Below are positions 1 to 12,282 of a stretch of DNA of 64,000 bases, piece by piece. Position 1 is the stretch's first letter. The number at the start of each line of letters is the position of its first letter. Source of the stretch: Octopus vulgaris (taxonomy: Eukaryota); assembly GCA_951406725.2 (NCBI GenBank), contig OX597814.1:194246001-194310000 (forward strand), read 5' to 3'. Position numbers and translations under genes: made by a program. The notes under the pieces were generated by a model. That model was not told the origin of the DNA, did no database searches, and worked only from the letters and a program-made list of their open reading frames with translations.

Positions 1-112
1 TAAACCATTAGAGATATATTCCCCTGTCTACACACACAAATTATTAATGAGAAGACAAAATACACTTTACGTCGTCTTCGCAATGACGTTGGACAAGTAT
101 AAAAGTATCGAA

Positions 113-525
113 ACTCTCTTACTCTCTTACTTGTTTCAGTCATTTGACTGCGGCCATGCTGGAGCACCGCCTTTAGTCGAGCAAATCGACCCCGGGACTT
201 ATTCTTTGTAAGCCCAGTACTTATTCTATCGCTCTCTTTTTGCCGAACCGCTAAGTGACGGGGACGTAAGCACACCAGCATCGGTTGTCAAGCAATGCTA
301 GAGGGACAAACACAGACACACAAACATATACACACACACACATACATATATATACATATATACGACAGGCTTCTTTCAGTTTCCGTCTACCAAATCCACT
401 CACAAGGCTTTGGTCGGTCCGAAGCTATAGCAGAAGACACTTGCCCAAGATGCCACGCAGTGGGACTGAACCCGGAACCATGTGGTTGGTTAGCAAGCTA
501 CTTACCACACAGCCACTCCTGCGCC
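113..525 (-). mobile_element. tRNA-derived SINE family A, full length
   Basis: Head ggcgcaggagtggctgtgtggt (A box) and ggttcagtccc (B box), internal TA/TG microsatellite, (gtaaaaga)n tail. About 20 copies or fragments in the window. Confidence 0.9.
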
Positions 526-544
526 TCGTTATTTTTATTAAATA

Positions 545-668
545 CTAGCAGTATCGCCCGGCGTTGCTCGGGTTTGTTTCGATCCTTTAGAATTGGAATT
601 TTTGATAAGTAAAACTTTTGCATAATTTAGCTTGTTATTCTCTTTAAGTGAACATTTTTCTGGTTGAA
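545..668 (-). mobile_element. Non-autonomous Helitron 3' end
   Basis: Minus strand ends cccgagcaacgccgggcgatactgCTAG|T. Near-identical to the 3' 120 bp of 51049..51423. Confidence 0.8.
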
Positions 669-1454
669 TTTCCAAGATATAGACCCCCAGATCATCACAG
701 ATCCTCCTCCATGTTTAATGGTTGGAAGAAGACAGTCTAGGTTAAATGCTTCTTTTGGCTGTCTCCAGACGTATATTCGGCCGGTGGTCGGAAATAGAGT
801 AAAGGATGACTTGTCCGATAAAACAAACGTTCTTCCACTGCTCTATGGACCAATTCAGTTGGTTTTAACTCCACTCTAAACGCTTTGAAACGTTTATTTT
901 TGAAATTAGTGGTTTTCTGATTGCAGCCGTCTCGTGAAATCCGGTTTTGTGCAATCCCGGCGAACAGTTTTTTGTGGAAACTAGGTTCTCGAGGTGGTGA
1001 TTAAGCTCTGCAGTAATTTTGGGAACTGTACTTTTGTGATCCTTTCTAACAGTTCGCGTAAGAGTCCGACGGTCCCTATCTGAAAGTTTTGGTTTTCTTC
1101 CGGAGTTTTGTTTTGATGAAGAGGTTTTTTCCCCTCTTTCTCAAAGGCAGTTATTACTTTCGAGACAGTACTTCTTGATACACCAAACATTTCGGCTGTT
1201 TTCGTTACGCCTGCCATACGAGCACCAAACATTTGACCTTTTTGACAGTCCTATAAATCCGTCATTTTAATGAATTTTAATTACCTTTTTCTGATGATAT
1301 CTGAAAAGAAACAGCAATTTTAGCAAAACATATTAAGCAACACTAATAATAAATAAAAAGCATAAAAAATAAACAAGCTTTTGATGGTTTTATAGATATT
1401 TCAAAATTATGATGCTATGATGCTAGGTGTTTCCATTATTTTGTCCAACTTCTG
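664..1454 (-). mobile_element. Tc1 transposon, 5' half (truncated transposase pseudogene)
   Basis: TA|CAGAAGTTGGACAAAATAATGGAAACACC terminus. HTH TKTAEMFGVSRSTVSKVI. Catalytic-region SDKSSFTLF...VWRQPKEAF...PTIKHGGGSVMIWGSIS. Confidence 0.88.
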
Positions 1455-1468
1455 TATATATATATATA

Positions 1469-1629
1469 CCGTATTTTAGCGTGTATAAGGAACCCTTTTT
1501 TGTCAAAAATTAAGTTAAAAAATATAGGAGTTTCTTATACATGGATAGTATTATAATCCCTTACAAAACCATTTATTCCAAATTTTAAACCCCAAAATTA
1601 GGGGATTCCTTATACACGTTAAAATACGG
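1469..1629. mobile_element. TA-flanked MITE (Tc1/mariner/pogo type)
   Basis: TIRs ccgtattttagcgtgtataagga / tccttatacacgttaaaatacgg, with TA on both sides. Confidence 0.85.
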
Positions 1630-1790
1630 TATATATGAATGTTGTATGTGTTTGTTTGCTTCTCCCACACCGCTTGATAACTGACGTTGGTTTGTTTACG
1701 TTCCTGTGACTTAACCATTCTGCAATGGAGATTAGTAGGATAAGAACCAGATTTAAAAATAAGTACTGGGGCCGACTTCCTCGATTAATC

Positions 1791-2532
1791 CAGTGGTTTT
1801 CAATCACTTTGTACCTGTGGACCCCTTTGATTACTATTTTCTCTGGTGGACCCTAATAGCCATTCGGTGTTTAAAAACTAGTTTTATAGATACTTACTCT
1901 TTTACTCTTTTACTTGTTTCAGTCATTTGACTTCGGCCATGCTGGAGCACCGCCTTTAGTCGAGCAAACCGACCCCGGGACTTACTCTTTGTACCCAGTA
2001 CTTATTCTATCGTTCTCTTTTTGCCGAACCGCTAAGTGACGGGGACGTAAACACACCAGCATCGGTTGTCAAGCAATGCTAGGGGGACAAACACAGACAC
2101 ACAAACACACACATACATATACATATATATACATATATACGACAGGCTTCTTTCAGTTTCCGTCAACCAAATCCACTCACAAGGCATTGGTCAGCCCGGG
2201 GCTATAGCAGAAGACACCTGCCCAAGATGCCACGCAGTGGGACTGAACCCGGAACCATGTGGTTGGTTAGCAAGCTATTTACCACACAGCCACTCCTGCG
2301 CCTATACTTCTTTCAAAATTCCAATTTTGTTTTTACACATTCATTTGCGTATGTTTGCTCAAGAACTCTCACAGAGATCATATTTCAGTGACCAGAAACA
2401 TATTAAACTGGACGGGACCTTTAAGATACTACTGAGGGTCCCCAATTTACTATATTGTCTGTGGGAACCCTCCTCCTCCCAAAATATTATGGACCCTCAC
2501 AGGTCATTAGGACCGCGGTAGAAAAAACTCTG
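1791..2532. mobile_element. hAT-like MITE with nested SINE
   Basis: Starts cagtggttttcaa, ends gaaaaaactctg, subterminal ggaccc motifs at both ends. SINE inserted at 1895-2302. TSD only partial. Confidence 0.5.
1895..2302 (-). mobile_element. SINE family A
   Basis: Near-identical to 113..525. Confidence 0.9.
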
Positions 2533-3102
2533 GACTAAAGTCTTCAAGGAGGTGCACCAGCATGGCCACAGTCCAATGACTGAAACAAGTAAAAGAAATA
2601 AAATGGTTCATTATTTTTCTCAACAAAAATACGACCTCGTAGGTTTATAGGTAGTTGCAATTCACCTATAGAGGCCCCTTCTATTTCTGGACATTGAAAA
2701 AAAAAAAGGATAAACCATGTAAACTCATGAGGCCGGTTTCTCGGATTCTGTGGCGTATATGCCCCTACTAGGACGGGACGCCGCATGAACAGCTTTGCCG
2801 TGTAACTTTTAGAGGGCCCCTTGCAACTTTTTATTTTGAGGTCCCATCCCTTCAAGCAAAATTCATAATCTACGCACCTTTTATTCATGGCTATATTTTA
2901 CTTTATTTTGCCTGAAGTTCAATATTTAACTTGTACTTTAAGGTCTATTACAAATTTCAAGAAGTAAAACTTCCAATTATGAATAAAAGAGCACTTTTAT
3001 AATCCAGGCAACTTTCAAAGACAAACACGGCACACTTTTCGCTTTGCGAAATCATTGTTCAGTTCAGAATAATCAAGCTGAGAGCTAAGTTCGTGTTCAA
3101 TA

Positions 3103-3459
3103 GATGGTTCCGGGTTCAGTCCCACTGCGTGGCACCTTGGGCAAGTGTCTTCTAGTAGAGCCTCGGGTTGACCAAAGCCTTGTGAGTGGATTTGGTAGAC
3201 GGAAACTGAAAGAAGCCCGTCGTATATATGTATATATGTATGTGTGTGTGTATGTTTGTGTGTCTGTGTCTGTCCCCCCCAACATCGCTTGACAACCGAT
3301 GCTGGTGTGTTTACGTCCCCGTAACTTAGCGGTTCGGCAAAAGAGACCGATAGAATAAGTACTAAGCTTCCAAAGTATAAGTCCTGGGGTCGATTTGCTC
3401 GACTAAAGGCAGTGCTCCAGCATGGTCACAGTCACATGACTGAAACAAGTAAAAGAGTA
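3103..3459 (+). mobile_element. SINE family A, 5' truncated
   Basis: Homology to 113..525. Confidence 0.88.
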
Positions 3460-4311
3460 ATCCACAAAAGTCTGGTACACGTTTGTGGTACAATGTAATA
3501 TTTTTTACAGGTGTGAACTTTTTACAGGTACAATGTATTATCATTTTATTTCTTGAAATTTTCAGTTAACATAGTTTGAATTCTTGTTCAACATCTTAAC
3601 CAAAGTAAACAGACGATTCATCTACGTACTTTGATCTTGACATGGGACCCCTCAACCGCGGAGGCCCCCTGCGACCGCAGGGCTTGGCGAGGCTTAGCGA
3701 CGGCTCTGCGCATGATTACTCATTTTTGCCAGCTGAGTGGACTGGAGCAACGTAAAGTGAAACTCAAAAACGCAACGCACCGCCCGGTTCAAGAACCGAA
3801 ACCACAATCGGTGCAACACCCTAACCACCAAGCCATGAGCCTCCGCATTTCTGGTGAGAATATCTGTACATACGATCAACCGGCAGCATCCCAACCCTTA
3901 AAGTTAGGGTTTAGGGTTAGGGCTATTTAACCTCAGATCAACAGCGAGCGAGGAAACCAACAATTAAAGGCTTTCTAGCCAGGGTTACGTTTCACTTATT
4001 TCAGTCATTAGAGATCTCCAGGTTCAAATTCTTGAACGGCTGCAGTTGCTGTTGAGCGAAGCGGTCTTCGTCCCAGAGCTCGCAAGATCGCGCCTCTGTA
4101 GTGGGAGAAGTCCGAAACGTGGTCCTTTGCTATTCGTAAGACCCGTAGAAGAGAGCACCACCTTGAACCTTTTTTGTCGAATGAATCAACCCCAGTACTT
4201 ATTTTTTAAAGCCTGGCACTTATTCTATCGGTCTCCTCTGCCGAACCGCCAAGTTACGAGAACGCAAACACACCAACACCGGTTGTCAAGCGGTGGTGGG
4301 GGAAACACTAT

Positions 4312-4533
4312 GGCGGCGAGCTGGCAGAAACGTTAGCACGCCGGGCGAAATGCGTAGCCGTATTTCGTCTGCCGTTACGTTCTGAGTTCAAATTCCGCCG
4401 AGGTTGACTTTGCCTTTCATCCTTTCAGGGTCGATAAATTAAGTACCAGTTACGCACTGGGGTCGATATAATCGACTTAATTCTTTGTTTGTCCTCTCTG
4501 TGTTTAGCCCCTTGTGGGTAGTAAAGAAATAGG
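4312..4533 (+). mobile_element. SINE family B (MetaSINE-like central domain), monomer
   Basis: Head ggcggcgagctggcagaa, B box gagttcaaattcc, core gcctttcatcctttc..ggtcgataaattaagtaccag, end aaagaaatagg. Confidence 0.85.
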
Positions 4534-4544
4534 TAGTGGGAGAA

Positions 4545-4575
<31 letters not shown>

Positions 4576-4844
4576 AATTTAAAGAAGATAAGAAAATAGA
4601 GAGATAATTTATTAATTAAAAAAACTATTTATTTATTATCTCCCTATTTTCTTATCTTCTTTAAATATAGATAAACCACGGTTTATCTAGTTACCTTGCA
4701 GCTGAATATTAATTGTAATATCCAACACTTTTTGAATAGGTAACAAACCAGTATTTTCGTTGGATCTTATTATCCCTTAATGAAGTTTGTAACCTTTATT
4801 TGAACTTTTACACACACACACACACACACACACATACATATATA

Positions 4845-5356
4845 TCTATATATATAAAACTGTTGTTGTGTGAGTGTCTGTCTCCTTCGATTTAGATTCC
4901 TAACTACTCCCACATTTTGCGGTGCAGTTTAGCCAAATTCGGGTATCTTATAGTCGTGATTCATATCGAGCCCGTCTGAGTATTAGCGCACGTCTACGAT
5001 GAGTCTACGATTTAAAAAATAATTTAACATCATTTTTTATTCCATTTTAATGCATAATTTTTCGTGTGTCGATGGTGGCGGAGTTGGCGTCCATGGTCAC
5101 ACCTGCACCTGTTTGCTTCTCCCCTTCTTCCCTCCCTCGTGAAGCTGCGGGGAAGGGAGTGTAAGGAAATCAACGTCGTAAAGCGTTGTCAAGGAGACCA
5201 GCGTTCTTTTAGAACAACGACTTCATGGCTTGAAGACACCAAAACAGAAATGGCTAAGAAAGCCCGAATTGGCATCTATAAGGGAAGTAACTCTCTAAAA
5301 ATGCTTATATAGTTATTTCCCTTACAAACCCGAGCAACGCCGGGCGATACTGCTAG
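4845..5356 (+). mobile_element. Non-autonomous Helitron
   Basis: A|TCTATATATATAAAACTG ... cccgagcaacgccggg hairpin ... CTAG|T. Confidence 0.85.
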
Positions 5357-5358
5357 TA

Positions 5359-5737
5359 TCTTTATATATAAGAGTGAGGTTGTGTGTCTGTCTCCTACGA
5401 TTTAGATTCCTAACTACTCCCACATTTTGCGTTGCAGTTTAACCAAAACCGGGTATCTTATAGTCGTGATTCATATCGAGCCCTTCTGGGTATTAGCGCA
5501 CGTCTACGATGAGTCTACGATTTTAAAAAAAATTTACCATCATTTTTTTCCATTTTAATGCATTTTTTCGCTATTATATAAGGGAAGTAACTCTCTAAAA
5601 ATGTCAACGATTTAAAAAAAAATTTACCATCATTTTTTTTCCATTTTTAATGCATTTTTTTGCTATTTTTTTGGCTATAACTCTCTAATATAGTTATTTC
5701 CCTTACAAACCCGAGCAACGCCGGGCGATACTGCTAG
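5359..5737 (+). mobile_element. Non-autonomous Helitron, tandem second copy
   Basis: A|TCTTTATATATAAG ... same body and same hairpin-CTAG|T end as 4845..5356. Confidence 0.85.
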
Positions 5738-5996
5738 TATATATATGACACGGAGTAGTCGAAGCAGGGGCAGCTGAAGAAGGGGAATGTTCCTTGTGTT
5801 GTATGTCTTGTACTCTGTTTTTTCGTTGTTTGAAAAAGTCCGTTTCCATGTTTTTTGTGTTTATGTTTTCGTTTCTCGTTGTGTTCTACGGTTTTTGGTG
5901 GTGTCCTGTACTCACATATGCAAGTATATATACATATAGATCTAGGTATGTATATATATGTATGTATATATGCATATGTTTTATTTACTAATTTGT

Positions 5997-6027
<31 letters not shown>

Positions 6028-6599
6028 CGACAGGTTTCTTTCAGTTTCCATCTACCAAATCCACTCACAAGGCTTTGGTCGGCCCGTGGCTATAGTAGAA
6101 GATACTTGGCTAAGGCGACACGCAGTGGGACTGAACATGGAACCATGTGGATGGGAAGCAAGTTTCTTACCATATGCAAGTTTCTTGCACATATGCCTTT
6201 TGTTTTTCTTTTCTTTCTTTTTTTTAGCGATATTTAAGATTAAATTTTGTGTCCTGTCCTGATATAATGTGGGGATGCAGAAAAATTTCGCTGCTCTTTC
6301 CAGCAAGTCCAGCAACCACACAGAGAGAAAGAGAGAGAGGTGAGGAGAGAGAGACTTCCTCACTGGCTCGTCAACCCTCGGAGTTTATGAGAAAATATGT
6401 GTATACGTTTACTTCACAAAATTTAGCCAGTAACACCATACCACGTGAGAATAGCTAGTAAACATCACAGTCCTTTCCTGATGTAATGTGGAATGCGGAG
6501 AGAAATTTGGCTGCTATTTCTAGCAGATCCAGCGATCACATAAAGGCTTCCTCGTTGGCTTGTCAATCCTTGGGTTTATTAGAAAATATGCGTACACAA

Positions 6600-7390
6600 G
6601 GCGGCGAGCTGGCAGAAACGTTAGCACGCCGGGCGAAATGCTTTGCTTGTATCTCGTCTGCCACTACGTTCTGAGTTCAAATTCCGCCGAGGTCGACTTT
6701 GCCTTTCATCCTTTCGGGGTCGATTAAATTAAGTACTAGTTACGCACTGGGGTCGATGTAATCGACTTAATCCATTCGTCTGTCCTTGTTTGTCCTCTCT
6801 GTGTTTAGCCCCTTGTGGGTAGTAAATAAATAGGTATTTCGTCTGCCGCTACGTTCTGAGTTCAAATTCCGCCGAGGTCGACTTTGCCTTTCATCCTTTC
6901 GGGGTCGATAAATTAAGTAACAGTTACGCACTGGGGTCGATGTAATCGACTTAATCCATTTGTCTGTCCTTGTTTGTCCCCTCTGTGTTTTAACCCCTTG
7001 TGGGTAGTAAAGAAATAGGTATTTCGTCTGTCTTTACGTTCTGAGTTCAAATTCCGCCGAGGTCGACTTTGGCTTTCATCCTTTCGGGGTCGATAAATTA
7101 AGTAATAGTTACGCACTGGGGTCGATGTAATCGACTTAATCCATTCGTCTGTCCTTGTTTGTCCTCTCTGTGTTTAGCCCCTTGTGGGTAGTAAAGAAAT
7201 AGGTATTTCGTCTGCCACTACGTTCTGAGTTCAAATCCCGCCGAGGTCGACTTTGCCTTTCATCTTTCGGGGTCGATTAAATAAGTACCAGTTACGCACT
7301 GGGGTCGATATAATCGACTTAATCCGTTTGTCTGTCCTTGTTTGTCCTCTCTGTGTTTAGCCCCTTGTGGGTAGTAAAGAAATAGGTATT
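6600..7390 (+). mobile_element. SINE family B tetramer (one head + four ~185 bp bodies)
   Basis: Units start at about 6648, 6834, 7019 and 7204. 20 bp TSD tattagaaaatatgcgtaca at 6577-6596 and 7387-7406. Confidence 0.9.
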
Positions 7391-7804
7391 AGAAAATATG
7401 CGTACATATCCACCCCACAAAATCAAACCCGGATCGAACAGAATCCTAGCCATGTGAGAACAGCTAATAAAGTTTACACAGTAATTCTCCATTTAACTTA
7501 ATAGTTTTTTTTGTCAGGTTCACTCAAGCAATCCATGTATCCAACCTGCCAGTCATACATAGCCAAGATTACTCAGCCACGCTGATACAGTTGTCAGTCC
7601 ATGCGACAACCTTCCCAAAGCCTGTCAATGGAGGTTGGAGAGAGGAGATACGAGTAGACTATTCAGACAGTCACTGTCTACCTTATTAAACAATGCTATG
7701 CTTGTTTTATACAATGTTGATAGACATGGTTAAGTCTGTCACTGCAATCTCCTTCCCTCACTCACTTCTCTCTGTTTTTATCTAACAATCCCTTCCATCA
7801 CACC

Positions 7805-8182
7805 CTTGTATAAGTCTCTCTTCTCTTCATTTTCTACCTTTCCTTTCCCCCCCTCACCTCTTTAATCCATCTATTTCTCTCTCTCTCTCTGTAATACTCT
7901 TGCCCTCTGTCTTTTCTTTTCTCTCTCTAGTTCTTTCTCTCTCCCTTATTCTTATTCTGTCGCTTCTTATTCTCTGTCATTCTGTCTTTTCTTGTATAAG
8001 TCTCTCTTTTCTTCATTTTCTACCTTTCCTTTCCTCCTCACCTCTTTAAATCCTTCTATTTCTCTCTCTCTCTCTCTCTGTATTAGTCTTGCCCTCTCTG
8101 TCTTTTCTTTTCTTTCTATAGTTATTCCTCTCTCTCTTATTCTTATTCTGTCGCTTCTTATTCTGTCATTCTGTCTTTTCCC
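7805..8182. repeat. ~185 bp tandem duplication, pyrimidine-rich
   Basis: cttgtataagtctctc...ctgtcattctgtcttttc occurs twice. Confidence 0.85.
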
Positions 8183-8514
8183 TGTCCGCCTTTCTATATT
8201 ATATCTAGCTCCTTTCCCCGTCCTTTATCCTTTTACTCTTTCCCCCAAAACTTTCCTTCCTCCCTCTCTCTCTCATACACATACTCCCACACACACATAC
8301 ATACACACACATACACACGCATACCTGTGTGAATTCAGAATCGAGCTGAAAGAAAACTAAGGTCCTGTATGTTTGTTTCCAGTGACAAATGTACACAATG
8401 TAGTTATAAATATTATATTTGTAATATCCGACGACATAGTAGGAAAAAAAATCCAGCTATCAATCAGACAGTAAAGATTTTATTCTCATTCCCAGTATTA
8501 TAAAGAAACAAAAG

Positions 8515-9358
8515 CTCTGTCCCTCCCCCTCCTGCCACTACACCCACTCACCGTCCATTCTATTATCTTTCTAGCTTTCCTCCCCTTCGTCAACCCCCCT
8601 TCTAGCCATTCTATCATTTCAGGTCCACGCCCTCTGTTACCTCTCTTCTTCTTTTCCCTCTTTCTTTCTCTTTTATTCTGAGTGCTCTCCCTTCCCCTAC
8701 CTTTTCCTTCCTTTCCTCATTTCTTTCTCTAGTTTCCTTATCTTTCTCTCCTCCCCTCTGCACCCTCTCTCACTTTGTCTATATCTTTCTTACCCTCCCC
8801 ACTTCCTCTATTTGTCTCCTCCTTTTCTCGCCTCTCTCCTACTCCCACATCTTCTCTAGTCTTTCTTCTCCATTCTTTTCTCTTTCCCTTCTTTCCCCTC
8901 ACACACTCTCTCTCTCTCTCTCTCTATTATCTTAACTTTCTCTTACTCTCTATATTTCACTCTTGTACTCTTTTCTCCCCCTCCTGTCCCTTCCCTTCAT
9001 CTTATCTCTCTCTATCTCTGCCTTACTTCTTTCATACTCCCTCCTACTTTGTGTTATACTCTAGCTCTCTTCCTCTTTCTTTCTCCTCCCTGTCTTTTCT
9101 CTCACTTTTTCTCTTTATTCTCTTATACTTTCGCTGTCTTTCTCCTCCTCCTCCTCCTATCTTAACTCCACGCTTTCTCTCTTTCCCTAGCTGCCTCTCT
9201 GTCTTTCTCCTTTACACACAACTCTCTCTTTATCTTACCTTTCTCCAACACCCTTTCTCTCTCTCTTTCCATTTCATTCTCTCTCTCTCCCCCCGTTGTT
9301 TTCCCCCCCTTCTCTCACTTTCCTCCCACTCCGTCTAACTTTCCATCTCCCCCCTCTA
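8515..9358. repeat. Long polypyrimidine low-complexity tract
   Basis: About 840 bp, overwhelmingly C/T on the + strand. Confidence 0.9.
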
Positions 9359-10134
9359 TATAATCATATATGAAGTCACTTGTTGACTGTGGCAAGCCTC
9401 TCTGCTCTTTTGTCACCACTGATTGTATTTCCTCATTTTCTGTCCTTCTCGTAAACATACCTGGAGAGAAATGGTGTACAAACTTAAGTTGGGATAGCGG
9501 AAACCTTTCTCACCGAAGGTAAGATGGTACATTTTGTTTCTATGGTATCTCTGGACATAAAAAACTGGTGATTTTACAATCCAAACCTACAACTATCGGA
9601 CATAAAAAGAGAATATTGGAGACAGAAACTCTCTCGTAAATCTTGTTAACTTGTTGCTAAGATATAACCATTACTTCCTTGATAGAATATACGGGTTTTT
9701 AAATTGTTTTAGTTATACGGACTTGGTAGTTTCAAGTACTTGATAAATGTTGTATAGAGTTTATTCTTTCGAAGTTGGTGATTCATTCTGTCTCAGTCTA
9801 AAGTTGTTTTTTTTTGCTGTGTGATATCAACCTTTCCTCTCTCTGCTCGAAGGATCGCATGTAAATGAGAGATATTGTGTGTATCAACAGGATGAAACCA
9901 CCTGCTTCGAACGACATACATACATGTATACATACATCCGTCGTATATACACATATCCGTCGTATATTGTCCAGGTGCACTTCGGCTTTAATTCTAATTC
10001 ACTCTCATAGACTCCGCATATTTTTACACACATACACAAATACGCACACAACAACACTATATTCACGTACAAACACTTCAGTCTATAGTTTACTTTTGGT
10101 TAAGCCTAAGTTATTAAGCTAATTGCAATTGTAC

Positions 10135-10570
10135 ATATCTGTCTATCTACCTTTCTATCTATTTGTCTGTCTGTCTGTCTACATGTCTGTCTGTCTATCT
10201 ACATATCTGTCTGTCTCTCTATCTGTCTCTCTATCTATCTGTCTGTCTCTCTCTCTATCTCTCTCTATATATATCTGTCTGTCTATCTATCTGTCTATCT
10301 CTCTATCTCTCTGTCTATCTATCTCTCTGTCTATCTATCTCTCTGTCTATCTATCTCTCTGTCTATCTATCTCTCTGTCTATCTCTCTATCTGTCTATCT
10401 GTCTATCTATCTGTCTCTCTATCTCTCTATCACTCTCTTTCTCTGTGTCTATCTCTCTGTATTTGTCTATCTCTATCGGTTTCTCTATACACACACACAC
10501 ACATATACATATCGTCTCCTTGTGTGTTTTTGCGTTCTTGTCCCACTTTGTAATTTATATTTTATATTTA

Positions 10571-10622
<52 letters not shown>
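10135..10622. repeat. Compound (TCTA/TCTG/CT), CA, TA, TG microsatellites
   Basis: Direct reading. Confidence 0.92.
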
Positions 10623-12115
10623 CGCTTTTATGTATAGATATAATAATTTTACATTAATCTCAGGGGTTGCTCTATATTTCTGTAGAGTACAAGTTTGTTT
10701 TTGAACAACAATATTGTTGACAAAGACTTGGAAGTTTCGATCAGTTAAGCCATCGTCGGAATAAAAATATATAGTGGCTTCCAGTTACGCTAGTTTCGAG
10801 ATTTCTGAATAATATGTGTGTTATAGCATATCAAAAATCGACACTACTTTCTCTGTATTTTTGCCCTGGACTGAATGGAGTATTCACAACCGTCTCAGAG
10901 TTCTCTATCAGATAATCCTTGCACTATATACATTACAATAATAAATATGTGTGTGTATGGCAGGGGTTTTGGTAAATTTTCAGAAAATTTACCAGGTTTT
11001 TCACATCAAAAATATCCTGCTGAAGTTGAGTACACTATAATATGTGTGTGTGTGTGTGTGTGTGTTTGTTTATTATCAGCCCCAAGTCAGACCTGATCCA
11101 GCATTCATGATCAAAAGCCTTACAGCCGTGGCCAGCTTATCCTTTTCCTTGTATACAAGAATCCCATGACAACATTTTTCTAGTGTCTCTGTTTAAGCTA
11201 GTGTGAGTGTCATTTTGAGGGAGGGAGGAGATTTGGCTGTTGTTTCTAACAGCTCGAACGACCACGTAGAGGCACTCTGATACTGTTCTGCATTAAGATG
11301 ATACTTTTCGGGACTGTCTCTATTTTTTGTATATTATATAATGTATATATTGTGTAATATATTATATAGTGTATATATTAACCTAATTTTTGATATGTAG
11401 ATATAAAAATATTGTAATTATAGAATAAGTATTATGGTTGAGAAAATTCATAGATCGTAAAAATACTCACTACCGACTAGATGTTTAACTGCTATGATAG
11501 ATTATTGTTAACGATATATATTAATCATTAGTTAATTAATGATTAACTCTTAGTCTCACATGTTAGTTTTAATTGGGTATACCTACACATTTGGGTAAAT
11601 TTACCCTCAATTGGGCCCCTATATCCCGTAACTTAAAGAAAAATGGGTAAATGAATATTTTTTTTAATGAAATTTTCTACTAATAAGCACAAGTATGTTT
11701 AGTTGAGAGGCTTGTTTCCTAACCATGTGGTGTTGGATTCGGTCCCTCTGGGTGGCACATTGGGCCAGTGTCTTTTACTGTAAACCTTGTGAGTGGATCT
11801 GGTGGATGGAAACTGTAGTGAGTGGATCTGGTGGATGGAAACTGTAAGAAGCCCGTCGTGTCTGTGTGTGTGTGTGTATGTTACGTTCGTCCCCAACCAT
11901 TTCTTGACAATTGATGTTTGTTTATGTCCCCATGATTTAGCAAGTTCGACAAAAGAAACCCGTAGAATAAGTATGTTTTTTTTTTTTTCTAATAATTACT
12001 GGAGTCGACGTGTTCGACTAAACCCGTCACGGTGGTGCCCCAGCATGGCCGCAATCCAGTGGTTGAAACCAGTAAGAGAAACGATAAAGATAAGTACATT
12101 TCTGGGAAAGACTAT

Positions 12116-12169
12116 TCACATACGTACACACACACACACATACATACACACACACATACATACACACAC

Positions 12170-12213
<44 letters not shown>

Positions 12214-12230
12214 ACACACATACACACACA

Positions 12231-12274
<44 letters not shown>

Positions 12275-12282
12275 CATACACA
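12116..12282. repeat. (CA)n/(CATA)n microsatellite
   Basis: Direct reading. Confidence 0.95.

Noticed and set aside
285-612. Recurrent ORFs such as YQIHSQGFGR...CPRCHAVGLNPEPCGW
   Set aside because: Antisense translations of SINE family A. They recur because the SINE recurs.
3900-3925. Telomere or interstitial telomeric array
   Set aside because: Only 2-3 imperfect units. Reported instead as a recurring motif within elements.
10725-10762. Possible hammerhead on the minus strand (ccgacga...gaaac)
   Set aside because: Stems I and II do not pair convincingly.
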